Origin: Clostridia bacterium | Lineage (GTDB): Bacteria; Bacillota; Clostridia; Oscillospirales; CAG-272 | Length of the DNA: 64,000 bases | Assembly (NCBI GenBank): GCA_017482355.1 | Contig: JAFUNJ010000008.1 | Span: 24,790 to 88,789, forward strand | Direction: 5' to 3' | In this document: positions 8,401 through 15,883 of the stretch, piece after piece | Numbering within the stretch: position 1 is the stretch's first letter | Layout: every line of letters begins with the position of its first letter | Notes under the pieces: model-generated | Seen by the model: only the letters and a program-made list of their open reading frames with translations | The model's database searches: none | Told to the model about the DNA's origin: nothing | Position numbers and translations under genes: made by a program

Positions 8401-9283
8401 AACTAACGAATACCGCTACGACCCTGAAAACACTGAAACCCATTCCAGCTCTACAAATGGTGCTTCTGCGGGTGTTGGCGTTACTGACGACGGAGGAAAT
8501 ATGACTGCTCCCTCGTTTACAAGCTTCTCTCTTACCCTTAACAGAGGCGTTACCGTGAACGTTAAGTTTACCGTTTCCTCTGAATACCTCGCGGCATACC
8601 CGAATACCAAGGTAATATTCAGCAACGGCGCTGAGTTTGACGCCCTTGAAGGCACCAATACCTACTCCGTAGAGCTTACTCCTGCCCTTATCGGTACTGC
8701 TCTTACCGTAAAATGCGGCGAGAACGGCAAGGAGATCGACGTATCTGTCGACACCTATATCGAAAAGGTAAAGGCGGCTTATTCAGAAGCTGAAAACGGC
8801 GAGCTTTGGGCGCTTCTCGATGCAATAGACGCATACGGCAAGGCAGCAACAGGCAAGCTCGATAGCGTAACAGCTCCCGACTTCACGGGTGTAGGAAGCA
8901 TCGAAGAAAGCGGCGATATATTCGTAGGCCTCGGCGCAACGCTTTCTCACTCGGCAGGCGCAAAGCTTACCGTTGACGAAAGCAAGCTTGAGGAAGGATA
9001 TACCGTTACTATCGCTTTCGGCGGAGAAAATCTCGTTGAAAATAAGCCTGTTATGGGCTACGTAAATAACGGCGCTATTGCTCTTACGGGAATTTATCCC
9101 GCTAACTTTAACGACGAGATCACAGTTACCGTTTATGACAGTGACAGTGCTGTCGCATCCGTTTCCTTTACTTTTAACGAGTACCTCAGCACTCTTTACA
9201 AAAGCACGACAAACAGCGCAACGCTTAATCTCATCGCTGCGACCTATAATTACGGTGTAGCGACAGAGAACTTTGCGTCTTAA
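5453..9283 (+). CDS. Large secreted multidomain protein: signal peptide, LamG/concanavalin-like domain, calcineurin-like metallophosphoesterase, GLUG-type repeat region, C-terminal beta-rich domains
   Basis: Start moved to ATG 5453 (RBS AAGGAGAAA 5441-5449; MKRRFLSIILACSMIMSILVLTNSVTVSA signal peptide). Phosphoesterase motifs: VVGDTQY, GVGDITD, RGNHD, VTHQY, SGHME. Repeated G-G-I-V-G motifs: GGIVGRS, CGIVGGIIGQ, AAGIAGEAG, IGGIVADA, IGGIVGHS. Confidence 0.8.
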   Translation: MKRRFLSIILACSMIMSILVLTNSVTVSAAAPSDGVMFGSDDMFYVDSMKDAPAPLSYETWIYIPSDATYHTSDSSRLGTVFSSYSNYATRSYVCLGIKVSSGTYYPQFEWSDVYNQSNIVRTYNFTDISIPKGAWTHLAFVLDPVTGHVYGYKNGVLVQTKTTSADYIMYNYGSIDERVTDNPMVIGNDNRRGQPYNFLGKLGSLSFYTEILTAAEVKAHYENGVYGNEEGLLSHWDFKSTDIGKNIADKSPNGYDLSYSKEFLNPDEVELPADYAYTMMVVGDTQYIVQDDVNKLNGDHNHTATMYKWIADNASALKTQIVMGVGDITDIGNTAQQLHAFNAISQLNGVVPYTVVRGNHDYYSYDFNLAFAVDDYLNQFKENGGLMDDTSAENSYYKLTAPNGDKWMVVNLDWSPTDEEIAWGCGIIEANPDYQVIIVTHQYMFLDGTTVDKEDYNQGTTGTYLWDNLVKKYENVKMVFSGHMESNLITMTQSVGDNGNTVSQFLIDAQDVEWYYNRYLNDENDTLSPLGLVTIFYFDEDGRTVDVRYYSTIKDKYYHTANQFEFDLEAEGEEFDYGWNGYEIAPSGSGTQADPYIIENGGNLMWMSNQIISGGCQTSSDLLETNIGYFNGQYFKQVCDIDLNGCAIKPIGYEHQTETSQILNVAAFGGHYDGGGYKIYNGRIASAKGHATYTSSNGYAGDALFGVIYGATIENVTLDNVTVYSQGITGGIVGRSAAPTNANAPEDFNVIRNCNITNSCKLVAGFYPGNTVHNSVKYEDLVYQCGIVGGIIGQAWATTIENCVSDVEIEVDGYHSVAAGIAGEAGYNTVINNCVFNGGITLLDNTSKIRQAFGGIVALVIGTGTTKVLWGYENRTIYGYIRILNSTNNGYFKYAGTSPLAQDIMIGGIVADAHYIGKVGVSMKDNVVENCANNAKITAPSSDANVWIGGIVGHSATYKSTRLPLHVKDCISVDVAECGGNGTNEYRYDPENTETHSSSTNGASAGVGVTDDGGNMTAPSFTSFSLTLNRGVTVNVKFTVSSEYLAAYPNTKVIFSNGAEFDALEGTNTYSVELTPALIGTALTVKCGENGKEIDVSVDTYIEKVKAAYSEAENGELWALLDAIDAYGKAATGKLDSVTAPDFTGVGSIEESGDIFVGLGATLSHSAGAKLTVDESKLEEGYTVTIAFGGENLVENKPVMGYVNNGAIALTGIYPANFNDEITVTVYDSDSAVASVSFTFNEYLSTLYKSTTNSATLNLIAATYNYGVATENFAS

Positions 9284-9306
9284 GACGTACGAAGGAGGAT
9301 ACTGAC

Positions 9307-9420
9307 GTGAACAACACATTTATTTTCCCCGAATGCGAAGTAATGATCTTCGAAAACGAGGACGTTATTACGGTCTCTCTCGGAGGAGACTCGGTTAATC
9401 TCCCTGATTTCGCCGAATAA
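9307..9420 (+). CDS. Unannotated small ORF (37 aa): MNNTFIFPECEVMIFENEDVITVSLGGDSVNLPDFAE
   Basis: GTG start 7 nt after a strong RBS GAAGGAGGA (9291-9299), 23 nt downstream of the large gene's stop. Followed 10 nt later by a strong terminator. Below the ORF-track length cutoff. Confidence 0.45.
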   Translation: MNNTFIFPECEVMIFENEDVITVSLGGDSVNLPDFAE

Positions 9421-9430
9421 CAAAAGAGAA

Positions 9431-9460
9431 AGCCGCACTTCGCTTGAAGTGCGGCTTTTA
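9431..9460. terminator. Bidirectional rho-independent terminator
   Basis: 11-bp stem agccgcacttc / gaagtgcggct with loop GCTT, T-run downstream and A-rich run upstream. Sits between convergent genes. Confidence 0.85.
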
Positions 9461-9466
9461 ATATTC

Positions 9467-10213
9467 TTATACTCTTTTAATATTGACGGCACCAAGCTCG
9501 TTTTTGCCGTTAATAAATAAGGTTTTATCTGTCGTGCCTTGCTCCTCCGACGCAGTTACAGCGCCAAGCTCGTTTTTGATATTGGTAACGATGTTCCATT
9601 CCTTCGGAACGTTTATCGTCATCGCGCCAAGCTCATTATGAACATCTAATACCACACCGCCCTTGTAGCTTTCAACGTTTGAAAAATATACGTTGCAGGC
9701 ACCAAGGTCGTTCTTGATTGTAACGGTATCTTCTTCGGCGGCGCAGTCGACGTAGATAGTCGAAGCGGTACCGCGTGAGGTCTTATGATTTGCCGCCTTT
9801 GAAAAATACTTTGTGAATTTTCTTTTGGGAGTAATAAGCTTCGCGCCGATGCAAAGGAGAAGCGCACACAGGAACACGAGCCAGTTGTTTATTATGTTGC
9901 TCTTACTGAGACCGCACCAACCTGCTATATACTTTTCAAGCAGCATAAAAATGAACGCGATTGGAAGAAACACCATAGACAGCTTGAGCTTTATGAAAGC
10001 GTCAAAGAGCCAGATTAAGTTAATAACCGTAAGGATAAGCACCCACGCAGGAATGCCGCTCAAAAATCCGAGAGAGACACCGACGGCGTCAAGAATAATG
10101 CACACCGCGCAAGCGATGAAGAGAAGTCCGAAGACAAGTCGGTTTGCTGATAGCTTGAAGTGAAAGGATTTTTCTTTTTCTGTTTCAAAATCCCTATTAA
10201 ATTCGAATCTCAT
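9467..10213 (-). CDS. LiaF-like membrane protein (4 TM + C-terminal DUF2154-type beta-repeat domain)
   Basis: 248 aa. Four hydrophobic segments in residues about 25-135. The C-terminal domain has the reiterated motif [KH]N[ED]LGA (KNDLGACNVYF, HNELGAMTINV, KNELGAVTAS, KNELGAVNIK), typical of LiaF/YvqF C-terminal domains. Start is 2 nt after the LytTR gene's stop. Confidence 0.65.
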   Translation of the reverse strand: MRFEFNRDFETEKEKSFHFKLSANRLVFGLLFIACAVCIILDAVGVSLGFLSGIPAWVLILTVINLIWLFDAFIKLKLSMVFLPIAFIFMLLEKYIAGWCGLSKSNIINNWLVFLCALLLCIGAKLITPKRKFTKYFSKAANHKTSRGTASTIYVDCAAEEDTVTIKNDLGACNVYFSNVESYKGGVVLDVHNELGAMTINVPKEWNIVTNIKNELGAVTASEEQGTTDKTLFINGKNELGAVNIKRV

Positions 10214-10215
10214 AG

Positions 10216-10668
10216 TTATAACCTCGTTTCATTCATTCTTTCCATAAACATTTTGTAGTAGCTTCTTGACAAAAACGCTTTTTTGGGCGTTGAGCGGAAG
10301 CTGATCTCCGACGGTCCGGCAAGATTTTTCCTGACCGAATATACCTCACGGCAGTTTACAAGCGTCGATTTCGACGCGCGGCAAAAAACGGGAGAAAGTA
10401 TCTTTTCGAGCTCGAAAAGCTTGTACGGCGAATTCAAGACCTTGTCCTTCGTGTGACAGACCGAATGCCCGTCGTAGCTTTCGCAGAAGATGATCTCCTT
10501 TATCGGGATAAAATACTGAACGTTACCCGACGAAAGCAAAAGCGAATCGTTATGACCGATCGCGTTTTTTATGAGGTCCTCGATAAAAATTACGTTTTCG
10601 TTTCTTTCCTTGCAGGAAATAACGATCTCGTCCTCGCCGCTGTCGCAGATCACTGTGCGCAGCTTCAT
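10216..10668 (-). CDS. Stand-alone LytTR-domain DNA-binding protein (no receiver domain)
   Basis: Start set at ATG 10668 (RBS GGAGGG, 5-nt spacing; MKLRTVICDSG..). The block ..YFIPIKEIIFCESYDGHSVCHTKDKVLNSPYKLFELEKILSPVFCRASKSTLVNCREVYSV.. is a LytTR domain signature. About 150 aa. Confidence 0.8.
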   Translation of the reverse strand: MKLRTVICDSGEDEIVISCKERNENVIFIEDLIKNAIGHNDSLLLSSGNVQYFIPIKEIIFCESYDGHSVCHTKDKVLNSPYKLFELEKILSPVFCRASKSTLVNCREVYSVRKNLAGPSEISFRSTPKKAFLSRSYYKMFMERMNETRL

Positions 10669-10697
10669 TTCATCCCTCCTTCTGTTTTGCTGATTAA

Positions 10698-10726
10698 ATA
10701 ATAGCATAAATAGCGAAAAAAGTAAA
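10698..10726 (-). promoter_or_regulatory. Candidate promoter of the LytTR/LiaF-like operon (TTTACT-17-TATTAT on minus strand)
   Basis: -35 at 10726-10721 and -10 at 10703-10698, read on the minus strand. Lies 10 nt downstream of the proximal direct repeat. Confidence 0.35.
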
Positions 10727-10736
10727 TATATTGAGC

Positions 10737-10766
10737 TCAACAGGTCAAAAACTGTGATCAACAGGT
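10737..10766 (-). promoter_or_regulatory. Tandem 9-bp direct repeat ACCTGTTGA-N12-ACCTGTTGA (minus-strand reading); candidate LytTR operator
   Basis: Plus strand has TCAACAGGT at 10737-10745 and 10758-10766, with exactly 12 nt between them (21-bp period). Located 69-98 nt upstream of the LytTR start codon. Confidence 0.55.
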
Positions 10767-10871
10767 AAAAATATCGCCGAAAACCAACTTTTTTCTCGAA
10801 TTTTTACATCATAAAAAACACAAAATAACGTTGCGGCACAAAGCCGCGAAAAAATAATGCGGGGGAATGAT

Positions 10872-11687
10872 ATGAAAATAAAGGTCATGGCCGCGCTTTT
10901 GCTTGCGTTTGCACTTCCGGTTATCGGTTACGCATCAGGCGGCTCTGTTATTGACGTTTCAAATAATTCGAACTGCTTTAACTGGTATTGCAAAAAGAGC
11001 GAAAGCGGAAACCCGCCTCCGCTGCCGACCGAATTTTCCTTTATCAAGGAATACGGCGGATATTATATTGACGAAAACGCGACGGAAGAAGATAAGGTGA
11101 TATACCTCACCTTCGACTGCGGCTACGAAAACGGAAATATCGAAAAGATACTCGATACTCTCCATAAGCACGACGCACGCGGAGCGTTCTTCGTTCTTGA
11201 AAACCTTATAAAGAAAAACCCCGAGCTTGTAACAAGAATGGTAAACGAGGGGCACCTTGTCTGTAATCACACGTCAAATCATAAGGATATGACGAAGATC
11301 CGAAATATCGAGGAATTTAAGGCGGAGCTTGACGAGCTGAACAGCGTAATGCTCGAATGTACAGGGCATGAGATTCAGGCGTTTTACCGTCCGCCTGAGG
11401 GAAAATTCAATCTTGAAAACCTCAAATGGGCGTCAGAGCTTGGATATAAAACAGTCTTCTGGAGCTGCGCCTACGACGACTGGGATAACAATAGGCAAAT
11501 GTCGTGTGAGATGGCGATGAATAAGCTTATGAGCCGTCTGCACAACGGAGAAGTCCTGCTTCTGCACCCTACGTCGGCAACCAATGCGGCGATCATGGAT
11601 GAATTTTTGACGACGCTCGAAGGAATGGGCTACCGCTTCGGCAACCTCTATGAGCTTACGGGAAGCTCAATGATAGAACCTCGGTAA
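10872..11687 (+). CDS. pdaA: Delta-lactam-biosynthetic de-N-acetylase (polysaccharide deacetylase, NodB domain), sporulation cortex modification
   Basis: Start at ATG 10872 (MKIKVMAALLLAF.. signal/anchor). YLTFDCGYENG, FFVLENLIKKNPELVTRMVNEGHLVCNHTSNH, YRPPEG and LLLHP align well with B. subtilis PdaA as recalled. Confidence 0.8.
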   Translation: MKIKVMAALLLAFALPVIGYASGGSVIDVSNNSNCFNWYCKKSESGNPPPLPTEFSFIKEYGGYYIDENATEEDKVIYLTFDCGYENGNIEKILDTLHKHDARGAFFVLENLIKKNPELVTRMVNEGHLVCNHTSNHKDMTKIRNIEEFKAELDELNSVMLECTGHEIQAFYRPPEGKFNLENLKWASELGYKTVFWSCAYDDWDNNRQMSCEMAMNKLMSRLHNGEVLLLHPTSATNAAIMDEFLTTLEGMGYRFGNLYELTGSSMIEPR

Positions 11688-11692
11688 TTAAA

Positions 11693-11724
11693 AACTATCC
11701 CCCTGCAAAAGCAGGGGGATAGTT
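11693..11724. terminator. Hairpin terminator between convergent pdaA and the MBL-hydrolase gene
   Basis: 14-bp perfect stem aactatccccctgc / gcagggggatagtt, loop AAAA. The T-run is present for the minus-strand reading only. Confidence 0.7.
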
Positions 11725-11729
11725 ATGTA

Positions 11730-12671
11730 TTAAGCTATCGGACGAAGAAGTTTGACCTTTTCTCCGTCGCTTGAAAATACTAAGTTTCCGACCTCGTCGG
11801 TGCGGTAATACTTGATACCGAGCTTGTTAAGCGTGTTTATCGTTTCGGTGTGCGGATGACCGTAGGAATTGTCCTTTCCGCAGCTTATGACTGCGTATTG
11901 CGGACTGACCGCAGTGATAAAGTCAAGCGAGCTTGAAGTCTTTGCACCGTGATGACCGATCTTTATAACGTCGGCGCGAAACTCGTTCGGCGAGAATTTC
12001 TCAAGCATATCCTTTTCGGACGGTTCCTCGGCATCACCCGTAAAGAGGAACGATGTCTTTCCGTAATCAAGGCGGAGAACTATGCTCATATTATTCAGAT
12101 CATCGGTCTTTTCGGCAGGACCGAGCACCTTCATATTTGCGTTATCAAGCTTGATGATATCGCCGACCTTTGCAATATGTACTGGAATATTCTTCTTATC
12201 AATAGCGAGCAAAAGATTTTCAAAGGTAGCCGTGTCAGTTTCTATGTCGGTCATAACGACCTTTCCGACGGAAAGTGTTTCTATCACCTCACGCGCACCT
12301 CCAATATGGTCGGCATGCGGATGCGTCAGAATGAAATAATCAATATGCGTGACCTTTTGATACGACAGGTATTCAAGAATGTTTTTACCCTCGTCCTTGA
12401 CTGACGCGTCGATAAGTACGGTTCTCCCGTTCGGCATAACGATAAGCGAGCAGTCGCCCTGACCGACGTCAAGAAAATGAACCGCCATATCTCCGTCAGG
12501 AACGGTTATCTGTCTCGGTTCTTCGATAAACGGCAGGTATTTCGATAGAAACGCCCAAGCACCGGGTATGGTTTTAAGTGCGATGGCCGCACATATTATC
12601 AGGATCAACGCCGAAAGGATGCGTATGCCTTTCAGCTTCTTCTTTCTGTTTCTGCTTTTCTTTTTAGCCAT
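11730..12671 (-). CDS. Membrane-anchored MBL-fold metallohydrolase (ComEC/Rec2 C-terminal-domain-like)
   Basis: Start at ATG 12671 (MAKKKSRNRKKK, then one TM). HFLDVGQGDC, ILTHPHADHIGG and KIGHHGAKTSS are metallo-beta-lactamase motifs as in the ComEC C-terminal domain. Confidence 0.75.
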   Translation of the reverse strand: MAKKKSRNRKKKLKGIRILSALILIICAAIALKTIPGAWAFLSKYLPFIEEPRQITVPDGDMAVHFLDVGQGDCSLIVMPNGRTVLIDASVKDEGKNILEYLSYQKVTHIDYFILTHPHADHIGGAREVIETLSVGKVVMTDIETDTATFENLLLAIDKKNIPVHIAKVGDIIKLDNANMKVLGPAEKTDDLNNMSIVLRLDYGKTSFLFTGDAEEPSEKDMLEKFSPNEFRADVIKIGHHGAKTSSSLDFITAVSPQYAVISCGKDNSYGHPHTETINTLNKLGIKYYRTDEVGNLVFSSDGEKVKLLRPIA

Positions 12672-13095
12672 TTGATGTTTTCCCTCTTTGAATAGGTATT
12701 CTGTCGGCAATTTTACTTAAATATATCACGGGGAATGCGATCATAAAACGTATAAAGCTTTCTCGTATGCAAATTTGTCCGAGAACGTGAAAAAGACTGT
12801 CGGAAAAATCCCATAAATGAAGATGCATAACTCGGTTTGTGATAATGCCGAAGCCAAGCTCGACGGCACTTATCGCAAAGGTCGAAATAAGGGCTTTCGT
12901 ATATATCGGCTCGTCAGTCAAAGCACGGTTTATTTTGTGTATGATGGCAAAATAAATGCACATTATGACCGAGGCGGCGAATATCACTCTTTCGTGATAA
13001 AGAAGCTCTATAAAAGCTCCGAAGAGTATCCCGCAGGAGATCATGAAAATATATCCGTGAATACCGTTGTTTCTCAAAATTTTAAGCCCTTGCAT
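12664..13095 (-). CDS. Small polytopic membrane protein (resembles PF06541 'putative ABC-transporter type IV' family)
   Basis: 143 aa, 4 hydrophobic segments, motif HLHLWDFSDSLFHVLGQICIRESF. Its 3' end overlaps the downstream start by 8 nt. Confidence 0.55.
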   Translation of the reverse strand: MQGLKILRNNGIHGYIFMISCGILFGAFIELLYHERVIFAASVIMCIYFAIIHKINRALTDEPIYTKALISTFAISAVELGFGIITNRVMHLHLWDFSDSLFHVLGQICIRESFIRFMIAFPVIYLSKIADRIPIQRGKTSNG

Positions 13096-13153
13096 AGTGC
13101 TGCTCCCTCTGTTATTTAATACAAGGGTTGACGCATTATAAAGGGCTTATTCT

Positions 13154-15883
13154 TTAGAATATATTATTTTGCTCAGCCCATTTTCTCTTATCGCGCTTCT
13201 TTTTCATCACGTCGTAGACGATAGTGCCCGCAAAGGAAATAACGCCGATTATTGAGATAGCAGAGCCATAAACGAAGCACTTAGGGCGGTAGGTAAAGGT
13301 CACCTTGTGAGTGCCTTCGGAGATCTCGATTCCGATCTGGCTGTCGTTGATCTTGATAAGGTCTGCACGCTTTCCGTCGACCTCAACGATCCATCCCTCA
13401 TCGAAGGTTATGGAGGAAACGAGAAGCGACTGACCTTCGCTTATCGTTACCGTGCCTTCAATGTAATCCTCTTCAAACTTCGTTATATTGAGGTTTGATT
13501 TAGCTATCTCTTCAAAGGTTGCCTTGAACAGCTCTGTGTTGAGACCGAAGAAATAATCCTGGTTGTTTCTGACGTATATCGGCTCTTCAGCAAGGGTGAG
13601 CGTAACTGTTATCATCTGATCCTCGTCGAAGATTCCGAGATACTGTACGCAGTCGCTCTTATTGCCCATATAGGTGCCGATATGTTCGCCGTTAACCGAA
13701 AGATTACATTCTCTCGGATAGTCGGTCGGTATATACATATATACCGGCTCGCCTGCCTTTACCTCGACGATGTAATCGATCTTGGCAGTACCTGTGCTTC
13801 TCGCGCTGTATTTTTTGTGATTAGTTGCAAAATCGGTACGGATATTGGTATATACCGTATCGTCGTGATAAAGCGCTTCAAAAATATCAATATCTTCGTC
13901 GGCACCCAAAACAGCCGCAGCCATTGCATTCATAAGCTGAAGAGGCGACTCGTAATTTGAAATTTCAAAATATTTCATAGCGTCTGACGAGCCGTAAGCA
14001 AGAGAAAGAGCATAGGGGTTTTCGTAAAGATAGAGCTTGTCGGGTGATCCGATGATCTCCGATCTGTATTTTTCATCAACGGGCATCGTATGGATCTCGT
14101 TCCATACCTGATTATCTATTTGCTCGTTTGAAATAACGTATTTCATTCCGATGAATGCATCGGAAACGGGAGTACCGCCGAGGTACTGTGACCAATGAGA
14201 TTTAGACGCATATCCGTAACGGTGGAGCAGGTCGATTATCGACTTGTTAAGTGTCGAGGTCGAATTCGAGATACCGTACATATTGAGCGTCATAGCATCG
14301 TTCGTACGCCCGTTATACTGACGGTGGAAATTCTTTTCCATGCGGTAGAATGGCGATTTATCGCGCATCTTCACGTAATCCACCATCGGCTGTACTGCCT
14401 CGTAGTAGTTGTTATACGAGTCGCGGGAAGACATAATTACGTCCTCGTCGAGAGCCGCGGCGTTAAGCAGTCCTGCACCGAAAAGCTCTGCGCAAACGAG
14501 AAGCAAAACGACGGCAGTTCCCATTTCGTTGTACTTTTTCCGATATACGAAGTAAAGAGCGATACAGAAAACTCCGATAGCGATAATTGAGAACCAAACG
14601 GTGTTGAAATCGTCTACGTTCTTGTAATTCAGCTTCTGTATTATCGCAACGAGAAGCACAAGTATGCCGCCCGTTATCGCGAGATTTTTGAAATTGGCGT
14701 GCTGTAGATTCGAGTACGCCTTGTAGGCGCAAACGAGAATTATGAATATGAAAATGAAGCTGTAACGGTAATTCAGCCAGTTTGGCTTCTGGAAGCCGTG
14801 CCAGACCATATCGAGAGCGTTTATATTGAACGATATCAAAAGGAGCGAAAGGAGAACTCCGTTCATCATCCTTTCACGCCAGTTGATCCTTGATGTGATG
14901 AAATAGATAGGGAGGAGCAGAAGCGCGATCACACCGCAGTAGACGAAGGGCAGACCCTCAGGACGAACGGTGTCGTAAGATCCCGGCAGAAGCTTGACAA
15001 TAAAATCGAGCCAGTCAAAGCGCTGTGTCCAGGCAAAATCGGGATCGGAGAAGGTGTTTTTACCAAACTGGAGCGAGGTGTAAGCAGGAAGAATGATTAT
15101 CGCCGAAATTGCGACCGCAATTCCCGAGTAGAGAATTATTCTTCCAAGCGAACGGAAAAAGTGGTTATCCTCAAGCCAAAAGTTATTTCCGTATCTGTGA
15201 GAGCTTGCGAGGTAGTAGCAGAAGAAATAGATCGCAACGTAAATGCAGACCATATATCCGATGTAGAACGAAGTGAGCAGACACATCGCCAAGGAGACGA
15301 CAAACAGCTTAAAATCGCCGCGCTTTATTATTCTTTCGATACCGAGAGTAACTAGCGGCAGATAGATAAGACAGTCAAACCACATCGTATTGTTCGCCAT
15401 AACGACTGCGTAGCCCGAGAGAGCGTAGCAGGTCGAGAAAATTATGGTGTTGAGCGGTTTTGTCTTGTAGGATTCGTTCAGGTAATACGACATCGTAACG
15501 CCCATAGAACCTGCCTTGAGAAGAATGATGAGCAGTATTGCCTCTGTTATGTTGCTGTGCGAAAACAGCGAAACAATGAAGGAGAAAGGACTGGAGACGT
15601 AATAAGCGAAAATGCCCATGTATTCGCCGCCCATAGACCTTGTCCAGGAATAGAGGAATGATCCTCCCTCGGCAAGCTTGTTTTTAAGGTCGGCAAAGAA
15701 GTTTACGTACTGACCGTTTAGGTCAAGAACTAGCACCGAGTTGTTTCCGAAAGGGAATACCTCAAGGGCAATATATATCATCCACATTATGATAACGGGG
15801 AGTATAAACGCTAAGAACAGGAAGCTGTGTTCTTTTCGCCACGCGTTAAACCTCGTCAGGTATGATTTGAAAGCAGTTTTCAT
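13154..15883 (-). CDS. YfhO family polytopic membrane protein (putative glycosyltransferase/glycopolymer modification)
   Basis: 909 aa with more than 12 TM segments in the N-terminal two-thirds, an extracytoplasmic C-terminal domain and one final TM. Overall architecture and N-terminus fit YfhO. Confidence 0.75.
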   Translation of the reverse strand: MKTAFKSYLTRFNAWRKEHSFLFLAFILPVIIMWMIYIALEVFPFGNNSVLVLDLNGQYVNFFADLKNKLAEGGSFLYSWTRSMGGEYMGIFAYYVSSPFSFIVSLFSHSNITEAILLIILLKAGSMGVTMSYYLNESYKTKPLNTIIFSTCYALSGYAVVMANNTMWFDCLIYLPLVTLGIERIIKRGDFKLFVVSLAMCLLTSFYIGYMVCIYVAIYFFCYYLASSHRYGNNFWLEDNHFFRSLGRIILYSGIAVAISAIIILPAYTSLQFGKNTFSDPDFAWTQRFDWLDFIVKLLPGSYDTVRPEGLPFVYCGVIALLLLPIYFITSRINWRERMMNGVLLSLLLISFNINALDMVWHGFQKPNWLNYRYSFIFIFIILVCAYKAYSNLQHANFKNLAITGGILVLLVAIIQKLNYKNVDDFNTVWFSIIAIGVFCIALYFVYRKKYNEMGTAVVLLLVCAELFGAGLLNAAALDEDVIMSSRDSYNNYYEAVQPMVDYVKMRDKSPFYRMEKNFHRQYNGRTNDAMTLNMYGISNSTSTLNKSIIDLLHRYGYASKSHWSQYLGGTPVSDAFIGMKYVISNEQIDNQVWNEIHTMPVDEKYRSEIIGSPDKLYLYENPYALSLAYGSSDAMKYFEISNYESPLQLMNAMAAAVLGADEDIDIFEALYHDDTVYTNIRTDFATNHKKYSARSTGTAKIDYIVEVKAGEPVYMYIPTDYPRECNLSVNGEHIGTYMGNKSDCVQYLGIFDEDQMITVTLTLAEEPIYVRNNQDYFFGLNTELFKATFEEIAKSNLNITKFEEDYIEGTVTISEGQSLLVSSITFDEGWIVEVDGKRADLIKINDSQIGIEISEGTHKVTFTYRPKCFVYGSAISIIGVISFAGTIVYDVMKKKRDKRKWAEQNNIF

